From Lachnospiraceae bacterium (lineage in GTDB: Bacteria; Bacillota; Clostridia; Lachnospirales; Lachnospiraceae), in NCBI GenBank assembly GCA_024680835.1, contig JAILBP010000287.1:1-61049 (forward strand): DNA of 61,049 nt. The letters run 5' to 3'. Under the pieces are notes generated by a model. The model searched no databases. It was not told the origin of the DNA and worked only from the letters and a program-made list of their open reading frames with translations. The position numbers and the translations under genes were made by a program. Shown in pieces: positions 26,905-35,606 of this stretch (position 1 is its first letter; every line of letters starts with the position of its first letter).

Positions 26905-29643
26905 TTACAGTTTTGTAAAAAACAGCAATCCGAAGGTTCCCGGTCCACAGTTGGCAGCTATGGCAGGCGAAGCCTTCTGAACATAAACATTATCGAATTC
27001 TGCGTACTGTGCGGCTTTCTGCTGCACCCACTCAAGTTCCTTATTCGTCATGCCCACATAGGTTATGAACAGAATCTCTTTGTCTATCTCACCGGGGACA
27101 TCAAAAACCGATGCTATATACCGCTCCCATGCATGCTCCCTGGAACCGAAGAAAACTCTCGAAACATCCATCTTCCCTTTTTTCAGGCTTATGATGGGAT
27201 GTATCATAAAGGCTTTTCCCAGTCTTCCGGTAACCTCCGAGATCTGCTTTTGTCTAACGAGGAAATCCAGTGTATCCACTATAAAGCTTGTGTGGATATG
27301 ACTCTTCATCTTTTCGAGTCGTGGCAGAATATCCTCGATCTTCATGCCTCCCGCCGCAAGTTTTGCCGCTTCTATAGCCATAAGTCCCTGACCGCCGGAC
27401 AGATGTCCCGAATCCACAACAGTCACATTTCCGAAGTTCTGTGCCGCCTCCATAGCCATGTGACAACCGCTGTGTTCCACCCTGCGGGAGATGGAAATAT
27501 GCAGAATATTGTTGGCATCATCAAGCTGATTGCTGAAAAAAGTCTCGTGATCTTCTTCGGAAGGCGCCTCCGTCTGTACTGTGACATTGGGATTTCTCAT
27601 GTATGCCAGAAGACCGTCAGTCTCGATCTCCAATTCGTCCTTGAAAAGACCGTCATCAGTCCTCACCATATGAGGTATTACCGTAATATTGTATTTTTTT
27701 CGTAAGGAAGCAGGAACATCAGCCACACTCTCGGTGGTTACTTTTACCATCACCTTCTTTTGATGATCCCTGATCCATGCTTTACTCTCTTCCGCAAGCT
27801 CTCTTCCGCCACCGAATACAGTGATCAGATTCCTCGGAAGCATACGGTATACCATATCCTCAAGTTCTTCTCCGGTCACCGGCTTTGTCAGATATCCGTC
27901 AAAACCTTCCTTTTCGTACATGGCAGCCACATCCGCACCGGTGTTAGCCGTCAGAGCCACGATCCTCGAATCACGGCAGAACCCGCCTGTCTGTTCCTTA
28001 ATGGCATGCATGCATTCTATGCCGTCCATACCGGGCATCTTATGATCCATGAGTATAAGATCATAGTGCTGCTCCACTGTCTTTTTCAGGGCTTCTGCAC
28101 CGGATATCACGGTACAGACCTGTACCTTGGTACACTTTAACAGCTTCGTGACAACCATTAGATTGGCAGAAGTATCATCCACCACCAGAATCTTTGCCTC
28201 AGGTGCTTCAAAAGATTCCACATGGGTGTAGGCTTTACCGCTTCGGTGCCTGTCTTCCATATCAAGCTCACCCAAAGGCACATCCGATGCCACAACCTGC
28301 GGTATTTCTATCACAAATGTGGAACCCTTGGTGTAGACACTGTTGACGGTGATCTTTCCGCCCATAAGATCCACAAACTGCTTGACTATGGACAGCCCCA
28401 GCCCGGTACCCTCTATATATTTGTTTTTCTCGGTGTCCACCCTCTTAAAAGCAGTGAAAAGATGAGGAATACTCTCTTTTCTGATACCCATTCCGGTGTC
28501 GGATACGGTATATGATACACGAGCCGTACCGTCCTCCCCTTTCTCGCACTGGATGGTCAGTCTGACATAACCCTCGGATGTGTACTTTATGGCATTATTC
28601 ACTACATTGATGAGGATCTGCTTGATACGCATCTCATCGCCTATGAGCTCCGACGGAAGCTCCGGTGAGACATCCACATGAAATGCCAGATTTTTCTCTT
28701 TTGCACGGATCCACAGCATACCCACAATATCGGACAGCATGTCTCCCGTGCGGTATTTGGTCACATTCAGCTCCATCTGCCCCGACTCAAACTTTGACAT
28801 ATCCAGTATGTCATTGATAAGATGCAGCAGCATATGGCTTGCAGCCTGGATGTTCTGAGCGTCCTCATTGATCTCCTCCGAGGCGTCCTCCCTTAGGATC
28901 ATCTCGTTTAAGCCTATTATGGTGTTGATGGGAGTCCGGATCTCATGGCTCATGTTGGAGAAGAATCTGTTCTGGGAATCGTTAAGCCTGCTGATCTCTT
29001 CCTTCTGTTCCTCCTGGATCACAAACCTCTCCATCACGTTGTATTTGTAATAATATACTACGATCCCGAGGAAAAGCTGTATTCCCGCAAAAACAAAAAA
29101 ATCAGTCAGATTGGCATTTTTGAAAGCATTTTTTGCTCCGTCCTCCAGGAACATAGACACAACCAGCAGGTCCGATATGATGGAAAAGATTATGTAAACT
29201 CTTACATCGATGAACTGGCAGAAAGGTATGCAGATCAGTACCACCATGTATATCGTCGCATCCATATGACCCAATGACAGATAATCCATATAGCTCATGC
29301 GCATGCCCCACCACAAAAGCAGCAGGACGATAAAAGCGTTTATCGTAGGTAAAATACGGTATCGTTTGTCAAACTGCCTGCCTACATATAAGATAACCGC
29401 CTCATCGATCATCATACCCACAAGCATTACGATATAATATATCCTGAATGTGGACATCAGGCCCTCTCCCTTGTAGGTCTCCGGCAATATATATGATGCC
29501 ACCATAAACAGGACTATAATGAAAGCTATCAGAGGACAGGCGACCAGTGAAATCCTGTAGGCATCAAAAATACAGCCCTTCCTGATCTTCTCATAATTGG
29601 GATTTCTCTTTTGAAAAAAGATAAAATCGATCAGCTTTCTCAC
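26905..29643 (-). CDS. Hybrid sensor histidine kinase: ~6 TM - HisKA - HATPase_c - REC - C-terminal DegV-like domain
   Basis: 912 aa. It has the H-box FFSNMSHEIRTPINTIIG, G-boxes DTGMGI / GTGLGLSIV, and a receiver KILVVDD...DLILMDHKMPGMDG...LTA...KP. The last 283 aa are DegV-like (see the next feature). Its start overlaps the upstream HK gene by 4 nt. Confidence 0.9.
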   Translation of the reverse strand: MRKLIDFIFFQKRNPNYEKIRKGCIFDAYRISLVACPLIAFIIVLFMVASYILPETYKGEGLMSTFRIYYIVMLVGMMIDEAVILYVGRQFDKRYRILPTINAFIVLLLLWWGMRMSYMDYLSLGHMDATIYMVVLICIPFCQFIDVRVYIIFSIISDLLVVSMFLEDGAKNAFKNANLTDFFVFAGIQLFLGIVVYYYKYNVMERFVIQEEQKEEISRLNDSQNRFFSNMSHEIRTPINTIIGLNEMILREDASEEINEDAQNIQAASHMLLHLINDILDMSKFESGQMELNVTKYRTGDMLSDIVGMLWIRAKEKNLAFHVDVSPELPSELIGDEMRIKQILINVVNNAIKYTSEGYVRLTIQCEKGEDGTARVSYTVSDTGMGIRKESIPHLFTAFKRVDTEKNKYIEGTGLGLSIVKQFVDLMGGKITVNSVYTKGSTFVIEIPQVVASDVPLGELDMEDRHRSGKAYTHVESFEAPEAKILVVDDTSANLMVVTKLLKCTKVQVCTVISGAEALKKTVEQHYDLILMDHKMPGMDGIECMHAIKEQTGGFCRDSRIVALTANTGADVAAMYEKEGFDGYLTKPVTGEELEDMVYRMLPRNLITVFGGGRELAEESKAWIRDHQKKVMVKVTTESVADVPASLRKKYNITVIPHMVRTDDGLFKDELEIETDGLLAYMRNPNVTVQTEAPSEEDHETFFSNQLDDANNILHISISRRVEHSGCHMAMEAAQNFGNVTVVDSGHLSGGQGLMAIEAAKLAAGGMKIEDILPRLEKMKSHIHTSFIVDTLDFLVRQKQISEVTGRLGKAFMIHPIISLKKGKMDVSRVFFGSREHAWERYIASVFDVPGEIDKEILFITYVGMTNKELEWVQQKAAQYAEFDNVYVQKASPAIAANCGPGTFGLLFFTKL
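26908..27756 (-). other. DegV-like (FakB-type fatty-acid-binding) domain fused to the C-terminus of the hybrid kinase
   Basis: Residues 630-912 read VKVTTESVADVP..L.KKYNITVIP..V......FKD...I....L...M......QTEAPS...H.ISIS...SG....A.EAA....NVTVVDSGHLSGGQGLMAIEAAKLAAGGMKIEDILPRLEKMKSHIHTSFIVDTLDFLVRQKQIS...G....I.PIISL..GKM....K..G...A........I....VG......E.........V.....SPAIAANCGPGTFGL. This matches the canonical DegV pattern (I.TDS.ADLP, TSQPS, LSSGLSGTYQSA, V.DS...S.GQG.LV..AA.L...G.S.EEI, F.VDTLEYL.KGGRIS, H.GPG..G) along its full length. Confidence 0.8.
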
Positions 29644-32252
29644 TGCGCACCTCCCTCGGGCTCGAATTCCATAACCGCATCAAATTCCATCACACCGGAA
29701 TCGGAAACATTACCGTTTTCCTCATCATCCGCTTCATCTGATACCGTATCAAATTCCATTATCTCACCGGATGCCTCTTCAGGATCACTGTCATCTTCGG
29801 TATTCAGGCACTTCAGTATACCTTCGGCAATCTGCTTAAAACGATCCATGGTATCCCCGTGGTTTGCATTTATAGTCGCAACATTGCCTGCCTCTGCTGC
29901 TTTTTCAAGCTTCAGGGCAGCCTCTGAAAGCTCTGTTGCACCTATCATCTTCGAAGAACTCTTAATGGAGTGCACTAAGATCTCATAATTCTTGTAATCC
30001 TTTTCCTGAAGGTACTTTTCAGCGTTTTGTATCTTTCCGGGAGCGTCACCTGCATACTGCAACAGAAGCTGCTCGTAAAACTCCCTGTCATTCTGGGTAT
30101 ATCTGAGCCCCGTCCTTTCGTCTATACCGTAGTCTGCCAGTACAGCTGAACCCGTTTGCAACTTTTCAACGCTCTGTTCAGAAGTGTCCGCATCCTCCTC
30201 TTCCTCTGTAAGACTTGACTTCGGCAGAACCTTTCTCAGAATCCTCTCAAGCTCGAATACCTCGATGGGCTTCGCCAGAAATGCATCGAACCCTTCTCTG
30301 ATAAACATCTCCTTCGCAGTGCTCACCGCATTTGCCGTAAGAGCCACTATGGGCACAATCTTTCCACTGCGTGAAAGTATCGAACGGATGCGTCTCATCG
30401 CCTCTACGCCATCCATCCCCGGCATCATGTGATCCATAAATATGATATCCACATCATGCTCCTCAACAAAGCTTATGGCTTCAGCTCCGGAACCCGCACT
30501 GAACACCTCCATGCCGTAACCGGCAAATATCTCTTTGGCAACAATGTGATTTAACGGCTCATCATCAACCACAAGAGCCCTCACACCGCAGGTCTTTAAT
30601 CTTCCCTCCTGATGACTGCTGTTCTCCACGTCTGAGTTTAAGAAAGCGATCACAGGAAAACAGTAGAAGGGTTTACGCATAATGCGGACATTTGAATTTT
30701 GGGGCTTTCTGAAAGAATTACCACATACGACTGCTACCAGTGTCTCCATGCTGATGGAGTCGAAAAACTCAGGAGATTCCTCATACTCGTCCTGCCCCAC
30801 AAAGACATGGGTAAAATGCGTGATCTTACAGAGCTGTTCAAATGTCTCTATATTATCCGCGCGCTGCATTTCCACCTTGAGACCTATGACGAGATCTTTT
30901 ACCATGGCATTGTAGAAATCCCTGACATGGGGATTTTCAAACTTCTCAAAATGAAGATATGCTCCTATGCGAAGCCGTTCGCGGTCTATAAGACTCATAC
31001 ATGCGGAGCTGTCCACAACCTTTTGAGGAATGCTGACCCTGACTGAAGTACCTGCTCCGGGAGTGCTTTCTATGGCGAAGAATCCCTTGAGACTGCTCGT
31101 AAAACCGTTCACAATGGAAAGACCCAGACCAAGTCCGCTGGTGGATCTTGTACGTCCCGAATCCGCCTGATAGAACCTGTCGGTCACCTTTTCCAGCTCT
31201 TCCTTGTCCATACCGATACCGGTATCTTTTACAAACAGCTGAAGATTAATGCCGTACTCTCTCTGCTCCGCCGTCACACGGACATAGATACCCCCTTCCC
31301 GGGTATATTTCAAACCGTTTTCAACAAGGTGCTTTATTATCTTTTTAAGCTTCACCACATCTGTGATCATAACAGACGGAACCGCCGGATCCACGTCTAT
31401 GACAAGCTCCACGTCATCAGTCTTTTTGGGTCTTACCTCGGACACTATATCATTGAGGAGAGAAGAGATCATATAGTTTTCTTCGTTAACCGCCATGGAA
31501 TCCATCTCGATCTCAGAGTAGTCCTGAATGTCGCTGATCTGCTCTCCCACACGTCTTCCTGCCTCTGATACCGCCTTTAAGTTTTCACGGATATCATCGT
31601 CTTTTTCTCTCTCAAGACATACCCCTGACAGACCGATAACGGCATTTATGGGCGTACGGATCTCGTGGGAGATATTTGCCAGAAAGTCATTTAGCTTTTC
31701 GGTAGCCTCGGAGAGCTCCCTCATCTCATCCTCGGATTTATCCATTATGTAATTCCACTTCCTGATAATGATACGGGAAACATAAGCCAGGATCGTTATA
31801 ACAACATAATGTAAGAGGGTTCTGGTGATCACAAGGCTGTCAAAAACCTCTCCGGCTGAGTACATCTGAAAAACATCATATGTCATGGTGATATAATATG
31901 TTACCTGGCACTGGGTCACCAGACCCTCGATACCGGTCGAGATCAGTATCATCATGAAAAGCGACAAAACCAGCCCCAGATCATAGGTACTGGTAATATG
32001 AATGCCATAAAAAAAGGCCATCACCATTATGAAGGTTGAATATATCCAGATCCTGGCATTTGCAGTCAAAAGCTGTCTGACATGTATTATCCATGACACG
32101 ATCACCGCGCCGGCTATGGGGATTAGAGCCCAGCTCTCCCATGACAGCAATAAAGACTCTCCTGCGAGTATTGCGGCAAAAATGGTAAAACACGATAACA
32201 CGGTCAGATGCGATGACTCAAAATAGTCTGTTTTCTTTGACTTTAGTCTCAA
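29640..32252 (-). CDS. Hybrid sensor histidine kinase: ~5-6 TM - HisKA - HATPase_c - ~140-aa unassigned domain - REC - HPt - acidic tail
   Basis: 870 aa. It has the H-box FLANISHEIRTPINAVIG, G-boxes DTGIGM / GLGLGLSIV, a receiver RALVVDDEP...DIIFMDHMMPGMDG...LTA...KP and an HPt motif (ILVHSIKSSSKMIGA). The C-terminus has three MEFD/MEFE repeats. Confidence 0.9.
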   Translation of the reverse strand: MRLKSKKTDYFESSHLTVLSCFTIFAAILAGESLLLSWESWALIPIAGAVIVSWIIHVRQLLTANARIWIYSTFIMVMAFFYGIHITSTYDLGLVLSLFMMILISTGIEGLVTQCQVTYYITMTYDVFQMYSAGEVFDSLVITRTLLHYVVITILAYVSRIIIRKWNYIMDKSEDEMRELSEATEKLNDFLANISHEIRTPINAVIGLSGVCLEREKDDDIRENLKAVSEAGRRVGEQISDIQDYSEIEMDSMAVNEENYMISSLLNDIVSEVRPKKTDDVELVIDVDPAVPSVMITDVVKLKKIIKHLVENGLKYTREGGIYVRVTAEQREYGINLQLFVKDTGIGMDKEELEKVTDRFYQADSGRTRSTSGLGLGLSIVNGFTSSLKGFFAIESTPGAGTSVRVSIPQKVVDSSACMSLIDRERLRIGAYLHFEKFENPHVRDFYNAMVKDLVIGLKVEMQRADNIETFEQLCKITHFTHVFVGQDEYEESPEFFDSISMETLVAVVCGNSFRKPQNSNVRIMRKPFYCFPVIAFLNSDVENSSHQEGRLKTCGVRALVVDDEPLNHIVAKEIFAGYGMEVFSAGSGAEAISFVEEHDVDIIFMDHMMPGMDGVEAMRRIRSILSRSGKIVPIVALTANAVSTAKEMFIREGFDAFLAKPIEVFELERILRKVLPKSSLTEEEEDADTSEQSVEKLQTGSAVLADYGIDERTGLRYTQNDREFYEQLLLQYAGDAPGKIQNAEKYLQEKDYKNYEILVHSIKSSSKMIGATELSEAALKLEKAAEAGNVATINANHGDTMDRFKQIAEGILKCLNTEDDSDPEEASGEIMEFDTVSDEADDEENGNVSDSGVMEFDAVMEFEPEGGAQ

Positions 32253-32253
32253 C

Positions 32254-33264
32254 TCACACCTCCCTCAGTTCGAAATCCTTATCCTCTTCGATTATGGCCA
32301 GCATAACATCAGCGATATCAGGATCGAACTGCGTCCCCTTACCGTTTATAAGCTCCTGTTTTACCGCGCTCTGGGGCAACGGCTGTCTGTAACTTCTGTG
32401 ACTTGTCATAGCGTCATAGGAATCCGCAACCGCGATGATACGGGCTTCTCTGGGAATATCCGTTCCTTCAAGTCCGTCCGGGTAACCCTTCCCGTCAAAA
32501 CGCTCATGATGCCATCTTGCACCCACGGCAAGCGACGGCATTTCCTTGATATTGCCCAAAATTCTGGCGCCCATCACAGGATGATTTTTAATGGTCTGAA
32601 ACTCTTCCTCGGAAAGCTTCGCAGGCTTATTGATCACCGCATCCGGAACACCGATCTTACCCACGTCATGCAAAAGCCCCATCATATAGATTTCATCCAG
32701 CTTCTTGTCGGAGTATCCCATCCGTTTCGCGATTTCCTTTGAATACCCGGCCACACGTCCGGAATGACCGTTGGTATATGTATCCTTGGCATCGATGGCA
32801 TCCGCCAGGGAGCTTACGACATGCATGAACAAACGCTCATTCTCATCGGTTTTTTTGCGAACCTCCTGCTCAAGATTTCTCTGAAGATGACTGAGATCTA
32901 TGATGTGCTGAACCCGTAACGTCAAAACCTTCGGTACAAAGGGCTTTTTTATAAAATCCACAGCGCCCTCCTCAAGTCCTCTCGTCTCCGTCTCATCTTT
33001 CTCATCGGCAGTCAGAAAGATGACCGGGATCTCACCCGCCGGGTCTATCGTACTTCTCATCATTCTCAAAACCTCGAAACCATCCATTTCCGGCATTTTT
33101 ATGTCCAACAGGATAAGATCCGGTTTTCCTTTTTCATTCATATAATCAAGGAGCAGCTTTCCGCTCTGAAGCGCCGTCACTTTATAACCGGCGTGACTTA
33201 AGATATGACCCGCGATTTTCAGATTTGCCGAATCGTCGTCAACAACTATAACCCAATCTGCCAT
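32254..33264 (-). CDS. Response regulator with HD-GYP output domain (predicted c-di-GMP phosphodiesterase)
   Basis: The start is taken at ATG 33264 (MADWVIVVDDD), preceded by GGAGGGGAG. It has a receiver (DLILLDIKMPEMDG) and HD-GYP motifs (GLLHDVGKIGVPD, HHERFDGKGYPDGL). The stop lies 1 nt before the next gene's start. Confidence 0.9.
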   Translation of the reverse strand: MADWVIVVDDDSANLKIAGHILSHAGYKVTALQSGKLLLDYMNEKGKPDLILLDIKMPEMDGFEVLRMMRSTIDPAGEIPVIFLTADEKDETETRGLEEGAVDFIKKPFVPKVLTLRVQHIIDLSHLQRNLEQEVRKKTDENERLFMHVVSSLADAIDAKDTYTNGHSGRVAGYSKEIAKRMGYSDKKLDEIYMMGLLHDVGKIGVPDAVINKPAKLSEEEFQTIKNHPVMGARILGNIKEMPSLAVGARWHHERFDGKGYPDGLEGTDIPREARIIAVADSYDAMTSHRSYRQPLPQSAVKQELINGKGTQFDPDIADVMLAIIEEDKDFELREV

Positions 33265-33437
33265 AACTCCCCTCCAAATTATATGCCCCTGCATCATAAC
33301 GTAAAAAAATCCTCTTTATTTTATCATACCCCATAAATAAAAAAAAGCCCGTATTATAATTGACAGCAACTATTTTTTAGGTTAGTATGGATGAGCGTGT
33401 GGTCGTATTGACCGGGACAATATCAGGGAGGTTTAAG

Positions 33438-33788
33438 ATGGCAGAGAATAAAGATTATAAGGTATTGGTTGATGGATTTAATAATGAAGAAGAAGAGGAC
33501 GACATGGAAGATCTCAGAGTCACTCTGGATATCGGTGACGGCAAAGAGATCGAGTGCGGAATCCTGACGATCTTTGATCTCGGAGACGGCAGCGACCAGG
33601 ATTACATCGTTCTGGTACCTGTCGACGAGGACGGCGATTACCTTGAGGAGACAGACATATACATCTACAAATACTTTGAAGATGAAAACGGAGAACCCTC
33701 CATCGAAATGCTGGATGATGACGAGGAGTTCGACAAGGTCAATGCCCGCTTCGAGCAGCTCATGGACGAAGCGGATGACGAGGATTGA
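33438..33788 (+). CDS. DUF1292-family small acidic protein
   Basis: The start is taken at ATG 33438, with GGGAGG 7 nt upstream. The protein is 116 aa and very acidic. The motif ECGILTIFDLG..DYIVLVPVDEDG.......IYIYKY.EDENGEP.IE...DDEEFD.V matches my memory of DUF1292. It is the only convincing plus-strand gene in the window. Confidence 0.7.
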   Translation: MAENKDYKVLVDGFNNEEEEDDMEDLRVTLDIGDGKEIECGILTIFDLGDGSDQDYIVLVPVDEDGDYLEETDIYIYKYFEDENGEPSIEMLDDDEEFDKVNARFEQLMDEADDED

Positions 33789-33797
33789 TAAAAGTCC

Positions 33798-35600
33798 TCA
33801 CTTATTCAAAAATCTTTCCAGAAACGGGGACGGATGGCTGTCAGAATACATGAACAGATCATCCTTTGCCCTTGTCATGGCAACATAGAAAAGCCGTCTT
33901 TCCTCTTCGATCTCGGCGGGGAGAACGGCTTTTTTGTATGGAATCACGCCCTCCACGCACTCCGGCAGGAACACCGCGGAATACTCCAGCCCCTTGGCAC
34001 CGTGATAGGTAGATAAGAACACACCGTCATCAGTGCTCCTGTTATGCGTATCTCTTCTCATGGCATTCTTTAATTCTTCGATTCCTCTCAAAAAAGACGA
34101 AATGTCCGTATATTCCTTTGCCACTTCGGATAACCGGTCAAGATTCTTTATCCTGTCGGCGGGATCCGTTCCCGATTTCCTGCACTCATCGGAAATATAA
34201 CCTTCGTATCCTATTCCTTTTCTGATAAAGTTGATGGCGGCAAAGGGCGATAGGCGTTTCAGCATGTCAAGATCATCAAATAACTGACATACGGAATCCT
34301 TAAGCCTTTCCCTTGTACATTTCTTCAACAGCATATCCCTTGTCACCACAGCTTCTGTCAGCATATCCCTCGAGATATAGCGCACAGGTCTGTTCATGAT
34401 GCAGAGGAAATCCCCACGCTTCTTATCTCCCTGCGAGAGCACAAGGTATGTCAAAACATCCTTTATCTCCCTGTTATCAAATATATCGAATATCCTCTCC
34501 CTGGAACAGAAAGGGATCTGCGCACGCATGAGCATGCCTGCCAACAGCGCGCTCTGTCTGTTGGTCCTGTACAAAACACAGATATTCCTGTATTCCGTGC
34601 CAGCCTCCTTCAGTTCCCTGATCCTTTTTATGATATCGATATTCTGCCTGTAGATCCCGTCATAAACGGCGATCTCGACTTTGCCTCCGGCGCCGCGCAC
34701 TGCTTTTGCATTCTTTTCAAAACGCTCCCTGTTGTCACTTATCACAATGGACGCAGCCTTTACGATCTCCTCCCTGCTCCTGAAGTTTTCTCCCAGCCTG
34801 TAGATCTTTACTCCGGCAATCTCCTTTGTAAATCTGTTGAGTATTCCCGGCTTAGCGCCTCTGAAACCGTAAATGCTCTGATCGTCATCCCCCACCATGA
34901 AAAGATTTCCGCTCTCCCCTGCCAACATCATGATGATGCGGTATTGGAGCTCATTCATGTCCTGTGACTCATCTACCAGAATATACCTGAATTTATCCTG
35001 CCATGCTTTGAGCGCTTTGGGGTTCGATCTGAAAAGTCTGAAGGTCTCCAGCAGCATATCGTCAAAATCGTACAGCCTGTTGTCCTTCAGCCTTTTGTCA
35101 TATTCAGTGAAAATCTTTACAAACCTGTCTCTGTCCATACATTTGGACGTGTAGGAAAAAATATCGGTATCGCTGTTTTTTACAACACTGATCTCATTCA
35201 GTATATCTCCGAAAAACTCATTTTCCGTACCGGAAGTTATGACCTCGTTTCCCACGGCATCCCTTATGAAATTGTACTTATCCTCCACAGTCAGTATGTT
35301 ATCCCTGCCCAGATCAAAGGCGTGCTGTAATATGGTAAAAAACACACTGTGAAAGGTCCCGAAAGAGACCAGACTGTCCCTGCCGGCAGACATAGCTTTA
35401 TAACGGAGCCTCATCTCCGTCGCGGCCGCTTTTGTAAAGGTTACCACCAGTATGTTGTCTTCTCTTATACCCTGTGAATTGACGAGTGAATGGATCCTCG
35501 CCGTGATGACTGCAGTCTTACCGCTGCCGGGTCCCGCCAGTACAAGTGCGGGACCGCCTGCATGCGATATGGCCTGTCTCTGTGAATCAGAAAAAATCAT
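33798..35600 (-). CDS. SF1 UvrD/PcrA/Rep-family DNA helicase (short, 600 aa)
   Basis: All helicase motifs are readable: Q-motif SDSQRQAI, I AGPGSGKT, Ia VVTFTKAAATEM, II ILVDESQDMN, III VGDDDQSIYGFRGA, IV ENFRS, V TYHGAKGLEY, VI LFYVAMTRAKDDL. A GGAGAA RBS lies inside the end of the upstream gene. Confidence 0.9.
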   Translation of the reverse strand: MIFSDSQRQAISHAGGPALVLAGPGSGKTAVITARIHSLVNSQGIREDNILVVTFTKAAATEMRLRYKAMSAGRDSLVSFGTFHSVFFTILQHAFDLGRDNILTVEDKYNFIRDAVGNEVITSGTENEFFGDILNEISVVKNSDTDIFSYTSKCMDRDRFVKIFTEYDKRLKDNRLYDFDDMLLETFRLFRSNPKALKAWQDKFRYILVDESQDMNELQYRIIMMLAGESGNLFMVGDDDQSIYGFRGAKPGILNRFTKEIAGVKIYRLGENFRSREEIVKAASIVISDNRERFEKNAKAVRGAGGKVEIAVYDGIYRQNIDIIKRIRELKEAGTEYRNICVLYRTNRQSALLAGMLMRAQIPFCSRERIFDIFDNREIKDVLTYLVLSQGDKKRGDFLCIMNRPVRYISRDMLTEAVVTRDMLLKKCTRERLKDSVCQLFDDLDMLKRLSPFAAINFIRKGIGYEGYISDECRKSGTDPADRIKNLDRLSEVAKEYTDISSFLRGIEELKNAMRRDTHNRSTDDGVFLSTYHGAKGLEYSAVFLPECVEGVIPYKKAVLPAEIEEERRLFYVAMTRAKDDLFMYSDSHPSPFLERFLNK

Positions 35601-35606
35601 TAAGAA

